In this document: positions 1 to 13,700 of the stretch, one piece after another
Layout: the number at the start of each line of letters is the position of its first letter
How positions within the stretch are numbered: position 1 is the first letter of the stretch
NCBI GenBank assembly: GCA_022605425.2
Contig: JAKIMF020000011.1
Coordinates: forward strand, 620,001 to 684,000
DNA length: 64,000 bases
DNA from: Hamiltosporidium tvaerminnensis FI-OER-3-3
Taxonomy: Eukaryota > Fungi > Microsporidia
Direction of reading: 5' to 3'
Position numbers and translations under genes: made by a program
Notes under the pieces: model-generated
Database searches by the model: none
Seen by the model: only the letters and a program-made list of their open reading frames with translations
Told to the model about the DNA's origin: nothing

Positions 1-810
1 TTAGATTTTGTTGAATAATATGCGCACCTTAAAGAAAATATGATTTCCGAGCGCAGTTGCAACACCGGCTGCTGACATTGTTTACAACGGTAACCAAACA
101 AAAATTTGGTGTGTAAATCTAGAATGTGTAAGACAAATCCGTAGCCGTTATTATTTGATGAGTTTTTCCACGTCTCAACAAGATTAATCTTAATTATTTT
201 AAATGAATAATATGCAGTTATTGTCTGAATTGCATCATTTCGCTTCGATTGTTGATAGTGCTGGCAATATTTACATATTTTAACGAATTTTATGTTCTCT
301 ATCGCATAGCTCTACACTATTTTCATATCTCTTCTTGGGCATTGGTTTATGCCAATATGTTCAGGAAGATAATAGCAGCTAAAAAATTGTATTGTGGTTC
401 TTTATCATCTGCTACAACTCCTCTAATATTGTTATTAACATCTGTCGAAATACATTACTATTTTCGATATATATCGCCTATTAGTTTTAAAAACCATCGT
501 TTCGAATTCAAATTCATAATGGATGGTAAATTTCCCGAAAAGTTTTAAGGTTTTAAAGTCTTCTAACTCTATATTTGTCAGAATGCATTTCTTTTGATAA
601 ACTTTTAACCTGTTTAAAACACAATATTTTTTGTTGAGTCACCACATGATTATATACAAAAACACCCAACCCTTCATTGAAAGAAAGTTGCAAAAAAAAC
701 AGCTTTACTTAAAAGTATCTTGAATCCATTTAAATTTGGATTTGGAATAGGTTCGACAATAAATAAGCATTCTATTTGACCATTTCAGATTTTTTTAAAC
801 CTAAGATTTC
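1..810 (-). pseudogene. Decayed rve-integrase (Ginger/KRBA2/SCAND3-like) transposon relic, truncated by window start
   Basis: Minus strand near 60-185 reads LVETWKNSSNNNGYGFVLHILDLHTKFLFG, resembling the integrase-core DLxD..NxGY..IL..ID..SKF block. Colinear by eye with 44820-45290 plus 46742-47060 (shared AAATGATGCAATTCAGAC, AAAACCTTAAAACTT, TTATTGTCGA). Confidence 0.55.
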
Positions 811-2060
811 GCATTAGAAAAAACGAAAAACTATAAAATTAATGTATGAAATCTATATCGAAAATACAAAAGCAAAAAAAACATATATTTTGTATTTCAT
901 TCCCTCTGATTGGCTTTTAAGTATATGTCTCAGACAAAAAATGATATATAAGAATTTCTCAAATATTTATTCATATTTTAGTTCATTACAAAAAATGAAC
1001 AAGATAGACAAACTAATCAGCAGACATATAAAATAAAAAAGAGTGACTTCTAAAAAAAGAACTACTATCATATTTTCTTAATTCATTATTTTTTACAAAC
1101 GAATGTGTTGAAGTAGAAGTTTTGAGGAAAAATAAAGTATTAAATTGAAAATTTCTACTCCATAAAAAATGTTTACCAACAGCCAAACAAAATAAAAATA
1201 CCGTCTAAAACAAAACAGAACCGAGAAAGACGCTGATATTTAAGTAAAATTCATAATTGCCATTCTCTATATTTTTGTTTTCAATACAAGGTAAAGGTTC
1301 TTATTTTAGGTTCTCGGCTGCAAGAAAAACCAATCGATTAAAGCACATAAATCATACCTAAGTAAGAAAATATGATATTTTTTATAAAAAGAAATTGCAA
1401 TGGTTTTTCTTGACAAAATTTTAAAAAATCTGAAGAAACCAAAACGGTTGAACTCTAAAATACTCTATTTTTTGTATAAATTTTTAAAAATAAAGAACGA
1501 AGCAGAAAATCGTTTGGAAAAATCGAATATGAATGCTTTAATATGAGGAAATATCTTATTAGATACTACGCACAGCCTCATATTTCTTAACAGAGACATC
1601 TTCAAACTAATGTATCTCAATCAATCCTACACACTAACCTTATTTCTATTCTCAAGCAAGTATTTATAAACCATAATAACTCAGAGGTTTGCGAATTAAA
1701 ATTCTTGCTTGTTCGTATAAAATTATAAAAACTAATCGTCCTTGTTTGAACTATGAAAACAGGGAAATTACTTGGAGAATTGAGAATATAAATTAATATT
1801 CAACAATTCAAATACAGATTGAATTTACTCGATTTATAGTTTCGGAAAATATAACTTAAATTGTCTTTCGTTTTACAATTTAAAATCGTTGAAGCGGCAT
1901 TGGTTTTAACTGATTCGAAACTACAAATTGAAAAAATAGTGTCATATAGATTATATAAGCAAATATATGTCAATATTCTAATTATGTGCAGATGAGCAGA
2001 TTTATTGTTGAGTTGAATTTTTTCGTCATACCTATTGCAATGTGCGTAATTCTAACCTGG

Positions 2061-2180
2061 TGGAGAGAGGATAACCACATTAAAAACTTTTTGTTTGGTA
2101 TTAAATGTATACAGCTCGTATTAAAATATTGGCTACCATTGTGGTGGGATTTAAACCGTACTGGATCTATTGGCCAATCC
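2061..2180 (+). repeat. 5' fragment of the ~720-nt SINE-like repeat
   Basis: Begins TGGAGAGAGGATAACCACATTAAAAACTTTT and aligns with 43591-43710, then similarity stops. Confidence 0.6.
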
Positions 2181-3865
2181 ACTATAATCCCGAGTTTAAA
2201 CTGATTAGAAGAAACAAATAGAAGTTTTACATTTGTTCATCCTCGACACGGAGAGGTAAAAGAGAAACGGAATAAATAAGTAAGTAATAATCCTCACCCG
2301 TTTCTATTCCAGTATGATTTAATACAATCATTTATATAATTCAGTAATGTCCCGACGACGGCGACGACTCGCCTGAAAATGTTTAAATGGTTAAAACAAT
2401 ACAAATAACCAATAAGTGTTCCCAAATTACGATATGATCCTTTTTATTTGATCATAAAACTTACATTTCCAATAATAGTGAGCAGGACTGATCATGAAAC
2501 ACTTAGAAAGATTCTATTGGTTCAAAAAAATATTTAAGATACTAAGTGCAGCATTTATTTCTAAATTTTAGTATGTAGCATAAAATAACATAGTACATTT
2601 GTTTTTTTTAATTTTCCTAATATTTTTATTTTTAAAAAAATTACATCACTTTCTTAAGATTTTTTTATGAATTTTGCAGATATGTTAACAATGTATAATA
2701 AGATTGATGCTTTTTTGTCGTTCTTATGTGCAATTTATTAAATTCCCAAAAATAATTAGAAAAAACAAAAATTGCTTTAATAGTGTCATGGAATTTTACC
2801 TTATCTAATTAAAAGATTTTAAATAAAAATGACTAAGAATTTAAACAATACATAATTAAAATTACAAAATATTGCATATCGTTAATAAGGGTTTTTTCCA
2901 ACAAAGAAGCAATTCACATGAATAATTTTTTTTGAAAAAGAAGACGAGACGGAAGAAAATATATTTTAGATTGCACAGATCAAATATTAAAGCCGAGCTA
3001 AAGCTCTGAAAAATTGAAAGTAAATATAAAAGAAAAAAGAAACTAAGCAGGTTAAAAAACCTTAAATTTTTGTTCGGAAAATGTTTAAAGCAGGTAATAA
3101 TTTAAAGAAACACTAAAAAACATAAGAGAAACAAACCAGGCTAGAATAAGGAATTCTTAATCAAATTTTAAGAAATATAGCTCATGTAATTAATTTAAGG
3201 TAAATTTCGGCATTTTTTCTATAAATGTAAAAGAATGTACGCTTCTACGAGCTTAAGGACAGTATTAAATAAAGCATTGACTAAATGAAATGATCGAGGC
3301 ATTTTTTTTCTAGTCTAGAATTTATTTTATATTTTCTATATTGTCTAAAATTTCATTATTTACGATGTGAGTTTTAAATTGAAATTTATATGTATAGTTT
3401 CTTTCTGATCCATTCGAGAATGTAAAAATAGGGTATTCATTTCGAGAATATTTTGATTTTCATTTCAATTCGCAAATAGAGAAATTTTTGTTTAACATAT
3501 AAAAAAACATTTAAAAAACGTAACTGGCTTTATTCGCTTTTTACAATATATTAAAACTTTTCAGATGTTCGCCCATATAAAAAACACGTTTGATTCGGCA
3601 AATTTATTATTGTTAAAATATACATTGTTTGTTCTTAATTCTTATTTTGATTATTTAGCAATTACTGTTTATCAATGAAAATATATATTTTTCCCTTTTT
3701 TAGATTCATATAAATTAGATTTTGGTTTCGCATTATTCTTATTCTTTACTATTCTTTTCTTATTTGAATTCAAAAAAGGCATAGTTGTATTTACTTTTTT
3801 GATAAAATGTATAATTAAACTCTTTTTTCAAATAAATTTCAAAACCATTGTATATATTAGATAAT

Positions 3866-4499
3866 TTATTTAAAGTATCACATCTTTTTAAAATAGTGGC
3901 AAGTGTTTTATTTGTTTTCATGACATTAACCCAGTTTTTGGTTTAACATAAATGACTGCTACCCCAAAACTCCATCGGTAACCCCTGCGATACCTACGTT
4001 CCAAAGCCTTTCATCTACCAGGTGTCTAGAACCTAATTAATAGGCGAGGGAGTTGTCCGGAGTTCGTTAATGTCCGTTGCATGGAGTGTGATCGAAGGCC
4101 GAAGCACCCCTAGGCTCCCCCAAGACTATGCAGCATTCCCACTTACTCTACACTTTCTGAACCCAATAAACTTCTAGCTAAGATATATTTCAGAGATTTA
4201 CATGGGGTCCACCTAGACAGTGCAATGTCATACCAACAGGTATAACCTGCTACTTAGCTCTCCTGGCTTTTAATGGGTTTTATTTTTATATCTCCCAGGC
4301 GCTAAGTCTTCTAATTCGAGTGAGAAAGGCTAGGTTTCCATGCTTTTACATGGCAATTACCTACATGTTCAGCTGCGGTCTGCAATCTGGTTACATAAAA
4401 AACTACAAATCAATTTGTAGAAAAAGTTTCTCCATTTCTCAGACCTTCCTCCTCATAACAACTCCCATGGAACAACCGAAGATATAGTGTGGTTTTATT
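3866..4499 (-). mobile_element. SINE-like non-coding repeat, 5'-truncated copy with candidate TSD
   Basis: Highly similar to 58524-59150 and to the reverse complement of 43680-44306. Flanked by TATTAGATAAT (3855-3865) and TATTACATAAT (4500-4510), 1 mismatch. Confidence 0.85.
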
Positions 4500-4872
4500 T
4501 ATTACATAATATAGTATATTCAATTCTATTCAATGAATATTTTTTAAGTAAAAAAATTAGAGTCATATAAAATATTACTTTTTTTTTCGCAGATTTAATA
4601 ACATATTTGTTAGAGTTTTTAAAAAGTTAAGTTATTAGAAATTGTGAAAAGAATAAAAAGCATGTTACTAATAAAAGTTTTATAAATTATTGCGCATACC
4701 TGTTCTAAAAATAAAATAAATATCTTTTAGATTCAAAATCTCCGGCCATCGACAGAAGTGACAGATGGAAATTTTATTGACAGGTGTTTTAGAAAAAAAT
4801 ATTTATATAAAAAAACTAATATAACTCAATAAAATTGTGGTTTGATCATAAAATTATATTTAAATTGCGAAT

Positions 4873-6641
4873 TTATTTAATAAGATTCTGGGTTAAAACA
4901 TTTTTACCATTTTTATATGTTTGCTTCTACCTCTTTAACCACTTTTGTGTCTTCTTCCAAATCCGACTCTTTATTTATGTTATTGGTCGGTTCCTCTAAA
5001 GTGGTTCCTCCTTGTGAAATAGGGGTTCTTTATTTTTCGGTTTAAATTTTTTTGCACCATCTTCCTCTCTATTCTCTCCTTTTAAAGGGGGTGTTGGTTC
5101 CTCATGCATCTCTGCTCTCATAATAACACTCATTGACGCTATCTCCCAGCTCTCTTCGGCATTTAGTCCTGACTCAAGTCCTCTTCGTCGATCAAAAGAA
5201 ATTGTTTCGACTGTTTCTTAAGTACTATAGACTGAATGTATGCCTCTACATTCACGGGTATTTCTAGTCTTTTAAGATGAGATTTATGGTATTTTGTCAC
5301 AATACCGTCTCAGGTCATCACATAAGGGATTATCTCAACACTACACTTATAAATAAGACCCAACTCATTGGCTAGCAGGTCATATTTCCTAAGTTTTTCA
5401 GTTTCAACTATTTGAAGGGAATCCCGGGAAGTGATTCCTACTTCAATGAGTGTTATCTTATTCTTCTTCTTATCTAAAATAAATATTTCGGGTCTGTTAT
5501 TCCGAATTTTAACATCAGTTTTAATTCTGGTGTCCACTCTTATCTCTGCATACTCATTATCAAGAATTTCTTGAACCAAGTGACTCCTTATTCGTTTTGA
5601 AGACTTAAACTTATATCTATTTAAGAGAAGTAAGTGTATGCTTCTTACTACTTCATTATACCATCTGGTGTAGTCATGGCCTAGCATTTTTTCAAATCTT
5701 GTTGCTAAATGATCTACAGTCTTACCAGACTTCCCGCAATGTTGACACATACATTCTGCAACCCAGAATACATTTCTATCCTGGATGTAACAAAACACTG
5801 CTTCATTGCGTTGCCTAATATTCCCTCTCTTTAACCATCTTGAAGAGTCACTGACATCCACAAGCTCATTTTTCCTTGCATTATATAACTTTGAATGGAT
5901 TTTCCGTTTTTCTATTTCGTTATATAGTTTTGCAAGTTGTCATCTTCTAATTTTTTCTTAGTGACTTCTTCTACTAACCTGTACTTTACTTTTAAGAAGC
6001 CTTTTATTAGTGCAAAATGGGTTTTATTATTATTCTCCACCTTGAGGATTGCTGCTCGTCTAGTTGATATTTCTTTACTTTTTAGACAATCCAAGAGTTG
6101 CAGAAGCATATGTTCGCTTCGCAACTCAACACTATGTAGGCCTCTTCCAAGTTCTGTTCTAGGAAGATACAAACGCTCTTTACATCCTGGGCGGAGATGT
6201 ATCTTATTTTTAACCAACACCGCACGCACTGCATCATCTAACTTAGAGAAGTCAGCCGGTTCAAGTCGAAGTACTCCATGTGATAGTTGATTAACGATAT
6301 CGCATGTTGATTGATTGCAGAAAATAAATTTTTTGCTTTTAATCTTGTGTGTCAAAGTCTTTATACTCTTGATATAAGTTTGCTTTGTACTTCTTCAAAG
6401 GAGCTACGTGTTGGAATTCCTCTGCTATCTTCTATTATTACTAAATATTTGTAATCATGAACACCTTCTAGTAGAGTAGCAATATCTTCACAACACTTTT
6501 TATTTGTGGCTGACTTCTCTTTGTTAATCTCATACCCAATCACCTTTAAAAATTACTTTGCCTCGTCTGTCATAGCACTCAATGTGGAACTGTCTTTAGC
6601 AAGGAGCTTTAGATCATCAATAAACAAGAGATGATTAGTAG
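4873..6641 (-). mobile_element. 5'-truncated, frameshifted RLE non-LTR retrotransposon copy
   Basis: Highly similar to 61318-63095. Starts at STNHLLFIDD and retains the CQHC..H zinc-knuckle region and RP(E)IFILD..LIEV endonuclease. Ends TTATTAAATAAA. TSD ATTTAAATTGCGAAT at 4858-4872 and 6642-6656. Confidence 0.95.
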
Positions 6642-9600
6642 ATTTAAATTGCGAATAATTATAACTTAAATATATTAATTTTGAAATTAAATTTATATTT
6701 AATTGTAAAGAATATTACAGGGTTCTATAGTATTACTCCATTTTTAATTTATAATTTACAAATTTATTCTATTTTTGGTTTAAACTTTGGATAAATAACA
6801 ATTATTTCCATACTTATTATGTTTATAAAGTCATACTGTATTTGTAGCTGGATGATTGATTTGGTTTATCCTATCATAAGTATTTCCATAATTTCGAATG
6901 AAATTTTTTTTATTCAAATTATAAGATTGGGCATTCAAAACACTTTCATATATTAAAAAAATACAACGAATATGCGAACAGGAAATGTAATTTCATTTTT
7001 TTTATAGGTTTTTATGACGTGGAATACCTTTTAAAACCTATACATCAACTAAATGACTCTACATTGCTAGATCTTTTGATTTCTCAAATATTTTTTAATA
7101 ATAACACGATCGTGAAGGAATTCTTATCGAAATATTTATTACATTCTAAGAAAAAGAGTATACTATTTGAAAAATTAAATATTCCATTTTTTTATTTTAA
7201 CTTCAATTAGTTATTCGTTTACTATCTTTTATAATAATACGAAAAATGTTATATTTTAATTGGTAAAATAAATACATTATAAATTTTTTCGAGGTTCATG
7301 ATTCAAAATGAAATTCTTTGATCTAATATAATTCGATATCATTTTTCTTAACAAGAATAATTGTTAGAAAATATAATGATGCCATCGTTGGTATTTCTAA
7401 TCTATATTCTAGTATAAATATATAATAGTACAAACTATAATGAAGGCATTTATGTATCCGAATAAACAGTACTTCAGTAATAGGATTAATGTTTTATGAT
7501 TCGGTAAAAATAAAAGTCTTTCTAAGATCTACCCGCGTATCTGCCTTATACACTTGCCTATGGCTTTGCAGAAGTAAAATATACTTTTAGCACTTTTTTC
7601 TTTTTACTAAAAAATATATTATATTTTTCTCACATATTGCGTTCTAGTAAAAGTAATATAAATTCTTGTGGATTTTTTTTGATTCGCAAATCATAATAAT
7701 TAATTTCTAAATTATTTTTAGTCGCTTGTAATATATATTTTAATTTTTAAGATTTAAGGTTTTTTTCAGAACTTTGATATCTCTTTCAGACGGTTTCCTA
7801 AGTATAATTGAAAAGTTGCCTTAAATTTTTTTATGATTTTGGTTTATTTATATCCTATCATGCTGATATCAACTTAATATAATCTCTCTATCTGACTCTG
7901 TACTTTATTTATAGAAAGATAAAACCAAATTGATTAAATTTTAGACAATTAGTTCTGTGAATAACCTACAAAGAAATTTCAGCTAATCCAGTCAATATAA
8001 TTCATTTTATTTTGAAAAGGAATCATAGATGTTGGTGCAAGAGAAATATATTTATAGAAGTAACATATATACGAAAAAGCTTCTTAAATTTTTCTCAAAG
8101 GTTTGTTTTTCTTACGATAAACTATATATTAAGTCTAATTTTATAAAAAAATATACCTAATGAGATATTTATTTCTCGCGAAGAATTTATTTTTTTTTGC
8201 TCTTTTTTACAGGTCTAATATTCCGAACTAGAATTATTACAACTGATTTCAGATCATAGTAGTAATATATATACTAGTATTGTAATTCTACAAAGAAATG
8301 AGATAAACAATTATATTCACTTATGGTTCATAGTCAAATCATCTGCGATGGTTTTCATTAAACCCCAAGCTATAGCTATCATACATTAAAGCTTATTGAA
8401 CTAAGCCCTCGGCTTCATGTACTCTTATTTCGCTCTTATTCTATGCAAACTTCGGCATATAACCACGGTTTGTTTTTATTTGGTTTTTAAGCGCAACTAT
8501 TGGAATCACAGAAAAAAAACCCGTGACTTTTTATACAGTTTAATGATAATTAATACCATTAAAACCCTTTATTATCAATTAAATTGCTTGATTGATATAC
8601 TAAAACACACGTGTATGGTGCGAGCTAGTCCGGATTCTTTCTTTTTGCTTCAATACTTAACAATATCTTACGATTGCCTGTAATACCTTACTTTCTACTT
8701 TATCTAATAAATATTTTTTTATATAGAAATTGTACTTTTACGATCGTATATATTTGATTGGTACTCATCGACGCTGTTGTAATTTATATTTTTGAAATGA
8801 TATTATTTATAATAAAACAAATGCAAATTCGGTTGTCCACGAAAAAGCTTTAAAGTTTTATACAAAAAAAACATTTACGGTTATGGCTTTCCGTATATAG
8901 ATAATACAAATAATGGAACAAAAGTTTGTAATAGAAAGTTTTCTTTATAAAACGCACAGCCAATGTAAGAAATTCTCTTTTCTAATGTCAGTTTGTAAAG
9001 TATTAATTATAGATTTACAAGTAAAAAAAATTTTGTTGAATATAAAATCTTTTTTAAGATAATTAAAGATCTAATAATTATATTTTCACAGTCAAATGAT
9101 TCTTTGTTGATATAAAAAACTTCGTTGTTATTAAAGTACTTGGTTATCTAGTTTTTAAACATTCCAAAAATCAAGATATTTTAGATCTCAAAAAATAAAG
9201 CATACAGTTTGTAATTTGAACACCTCTACATATCTAATATGCTATAGAAAACACCAAATGGAGCTAAATATAATTAATTAGAAATAAAAAATATTTTAAT
9301 TTGAACAATTGTGAATCAAAAATTCATACTTCCGGTTACGTAAAAGGTTTAGAAACATTTGTTTCTTGTTAGAAAAACTTTATTTGTACGCATCTTTTAT
9401 ATTTTAATATCTAAAATGACTTTCGTACGTTTAATTCCAAAAGATTTTAATACTTCATAAAATTTACTTTTATAAAGCTCTATACACCTAAGTATTATAA
9501 TTAACCTAAATATTACACAATAATTAGACTATAAGCGCAACTATTTGAACATAAATATACTTCTAGGAATATAAATAAAATTTATTTTTCTAAGACACCT

Positions 9601-9974
9601 TAAAACAAGATAATATAGTACCATATCAAAAAAATACCAAGACCATATGGATATAATATAAATACGAGTTATTCTTCTAACTAAATATCAGATATAATAA
9701 TATTTCTCAATTTTTTTTGAAAACAACCATTAAACTTCTATGTATAAAACATAATAATTTGTGATTTTTTTAAACTTCTTAGATATATAGAATTTATATA
9801 AATACAGTTACGGTGAAGAATTATGACCAACTTAAAATCATCTGACTGGCAATGAAAAGGTTTATAGTTATAAAATCATGTTTTGATTTTTGGTAGAATG
9901 ATAATTACATTGCATTTTCGGTTGCCTTTCAAGAATTTATATAACGAAGAAAAAATCTACAAAATATAGAAGAT

Positions 9975-10530
9975 TTTTTTACAAAGAATTTTGTAGTTTT
10001 TTATGTAACCAGATTGCAGACTGCAGCTGAATATGTAGGTAATTGCCATCTAAAAGCATAAAAGCCTAGCCTATCTCACTCGGCTTAGAAGACTCTTCCC
10101 TTATGGGATTTATATATACATACTGTTCAAACGACCAGAAATACTAATTAGTGGATTATACTTGTTGATATGACACTGTACTGTCTAGGTGAACTGTATC
10201 TAAATTAACGAAATATATCTTAGCTGTAATTCCATTAGGTTTGGAAAGTGTAGAGTAAGTGAGAATACTACTAGCCTTAGAGGTGCCTAACAAACTTTTT
10301 TTCACTCAGATAAAATACCAGGCTACGTATTTTAGCAAACACAGTGAAAGCTCTTTCTATAAAATGCTTCTAAATACTACTACGATGAAAACCTTTAGAA
10401 TGTAAATAATATAGAAAACACCTGTTCAGTATTAAGGTAGCAGTTATTTATGTTAAATCTAGGAGTTCGTCAATGTCATAAACAGTATACCTTCCACTAT
10501 TTTTAAAACGAAGGGATATTTTTAAATTAA
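9975..10530 (+). mobile_element. Diverged, 5'-truncated copy of the SINE-like repeat
   Basis: TTTGTAGTTTTTTATGTAACCAGATTGCAGA...GTAGGTAATTGCCAT...CTGTCTAGGTG...GTAGAGTAAGTG...GGTAGCAGTT...AATGTCAT colinear with 43770-44300. Confidence 0.8.
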
Positions 10531-10653
10531 AACTTTTTTAGAAAACCAATTATTTATAGAAATTCAAGATAAAGAATTAAAATGAAGATAAATAAAAAAA
10601 ACCAATAACTTTTAAATTATAATTAAAATACAAATGCACTAAAGATGAAAAAA

Positions 10654-10798
10654 CTTATAATTATTCGTTTTATTTATCTTCATATTTCTTAAACAAATTA
10701 CTCTTACCACTCATAAATTAAGCATACCAAGTCTTATAATTATTCGTTTTATTTATCTTCATATTTCTTAAACAAATTACTCTTACCACTCATAAATT
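10654..10798. repeat. 66-bp perfect direct repeat duplicating the last codons, stop and 3' flank of the 1184-aa gene
   Basis: 10654-10719 is identical to 10733-10798, with a 13-bp spacer. Confidence 0.9.
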
Positions 10799-13700
10799 TA
10801 GAAAAAGCATTTTGTGGTTTAAAAACCGTATTTTCTGTTTCATTTTTTAGTGGCGTAGAATTTATTTCTTTTTTAAAAATATTGGTTGTATCGGTATTAA
10901 GATTTGAGAATATTTGTGTTGTATTTGATATGTTGTTAGGTTGGTTATTAAATATGGGGTTAAAAGGAGTTACCGTAGGCGTTGCAGTATTAGTATTAAC
11001 ACCCTTTTGTAAATTGTTTGACTGTAGTTGGTTAAAAGGAGTTACCGTAGGCGTTGCAGTATTAGTATTAACACCCTCTTGTGTATTAGTAGACTGTAGT
11101 TGGTTAAAAGGAGTTACCGTAGGCGTTGCAGTATTAGTATTAACACCCTCTTGTGTATTAGTAGACTGTAGTTGGTTAAAAGGAGTTACCGTAGGCGTTG
11201 CAGTATTAGTATTAACACCCTCTTGTGTATTAGTAGACTGTAGTTGGTTAAAGGGTGTTATTGTAGGTAATGAAGTATTAGTATTAACACCTTTTAAACT
11301 ACTAGTAGGTAATACACTACTAACACCCTTATAATTATCTTCAGTATCTGTAATATTAAATCCCTTTAATTTATCTTCTAATATGGTATTATTGTTAACA
11401 CCCTTATAATCATTACCATTGGTATTAACACCCTTATTATCATTACCTGTATTAACACCCCTATACTCACCTTTAGTATTAACACCCTTATTATCATTAG
11501 CTGTATTAACACCCCTATACTCACCTTTAGTATTAACACCCCCTATACTCCCTATATCCTCACCTATACTAACACCCTTTAATCTCTCTTCAATATCAAC
11601 AACAACATTATCACTAACCCCATCCGTTTTAAAACTAACACCCTCTTCATACACAACACCTCTATTCTCCCTTCCATAAATAATACCCTCTTCATACACA
11701 CAACAACTTCTACCAAAAATTTTATTTTCAAAATACTCCACACTATTTCTAACACTCTTTATACTTAAAAAAGTATAACTTATAATTTTATGTCTTAAAA
11801 TACCAACCAATTTATTAAAATACCCTCCGTTTTCTTGTATTTTTTCACATTTTACCATCTTTTTATACATCCGTTGTAATACAGTATCTACTCTACCCAT
11901 CTGTTCTTCTACAAAGTAAGAATATGTACGTATATTCTTCTTATCTATCTTTATATTCATTATACTCTCTTTTATTCTTCTTATTTCTTCATCTACCTCA
12001 TCTTTTATATTGGTAGTGTTATTAATAGTATTATTAGTAGTGTTATTAGCAGTGTTATTAGTAGTGTTATTAAAGGGGTGCTGCTTATTACTACTGTTAT
12101 TAAGAGGGTTATAGTCGTTAGTACTGTTATTAAGACCCTGTTGTTCATTAGTGCTGTTATTAAGAGGGTTATAGTCGTTACTACTGTTATTAAGACCCTG
12201 TTGTTCATTAGTGCTGTTATTAAGAGGGTTATAGTTATGAGTAGTTTTACTAACAGCCTGTTGTTCATTAGTACTGTTATTAAGACCCTGTTGTTCATTA
12301 GTATTTTTACTAACACCCTTTTGTTCACTATCACTGTCATTAAGACCCTCTAAAATATCCATATTCCTAACACCCTTTAGCCCATATCCCTCTTCATCTA
12401 AAGGCGTTACGCCACATACATCCTCTTCTGTTGCATTAATCAAAGGAATAACACTACACCTTATAATATCCTTGTTAAACACTAAACTACTGTTATTAAC
12501 AGTAAATCCCAAATCTAATAATTCTTTACATAAAATAACACCCTTACCATACACACGTATATCTGTGGTGTTATCTGTTGTATTATTAACATTATCTGTT
12601 GTATTACTAGTATTATAATTTGGAGCTTTAATATTATGGATTACACTATTATTATCACTTATATTGTCCTCCTCACTTTCTGTGTTATCACCCTTACTTT
12701 CTATGGTATTATCACTTGTATTATTATCACCCCTGTATTCCCATACACACACTACATTATCATTATCATACAAATAAATACGTTTATTATCACATAAAAC
12801 ACTATTAACAACACAATACTCATATTCTTCATTCATACGTACACATATACTATTTATTTCATCTATAGGTTCTACTAACGTATATGTATTATCTAACATA
12901 TATATTGTACTATCTTCAGGTACAGATAGTAATATTAATTTACCAACTTGTGCTATATTTACTTTTGATGGGTTTGACATAAATATATTTTTAAAGATAA
13001 GAATATCCTTATGATTATCAACAGTGAAACCAAGGGTATTAGGGTTGTTAGGAATGACACCCCCTTTACTATTACTCTCTTTACTATTACTCTCTTTACT
13101 ATTACTCTCTTTAATATTACCCTCTATACTATTACCCTCTTTACTATTACTCTCTATACTATTACCCTCTTTAATATTACCCTCTATACTATTACCCCCT
13201 ATACTATTACTCTCTTTACTATTACTCTCTTTACTAACCCCCTCTACAATATTACCCTCTTCCTTACTAGTCTTAATAACACCCCTGTATACATACATAG
13301 TGTTATCTACAAACATAAGTAAATCACTAAAATATATAAAAACCTCCATAGGAATAACAGGTACCCTTATAACATACAAATAACCCCTAACCAAATACAA
13401 TCTAATAACACCCTCTACACTAACACTACAAACCCCTTTATTATATATTATAACCTTACTACTGTTATTTATATGACTGTATAATAACACCCTGTTATTA
13501 TTATAGTAAGATATTATTAAATCAGTATTACTATAAAAGAATATAAAAGGGTAAATTGTATGTGAAGAGTAATTAATAGGAATATCAAAGAATAGATTAG
13601 GGTAGGTAGAGGAGGGGGTGTTATTATTAGTGTTATTAATAGTGTTATTATTAGAGTTGTTATTAGTGTTATTATTAGAGTTGTTATTAGTGTTATTAAC

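Noticed and set aside
10958-11292. CRISPR-like array
   Set aside because: Units are tandem with no unique spacers, lie inside a coding frame, and the context is eukaryotic with no cas genes.
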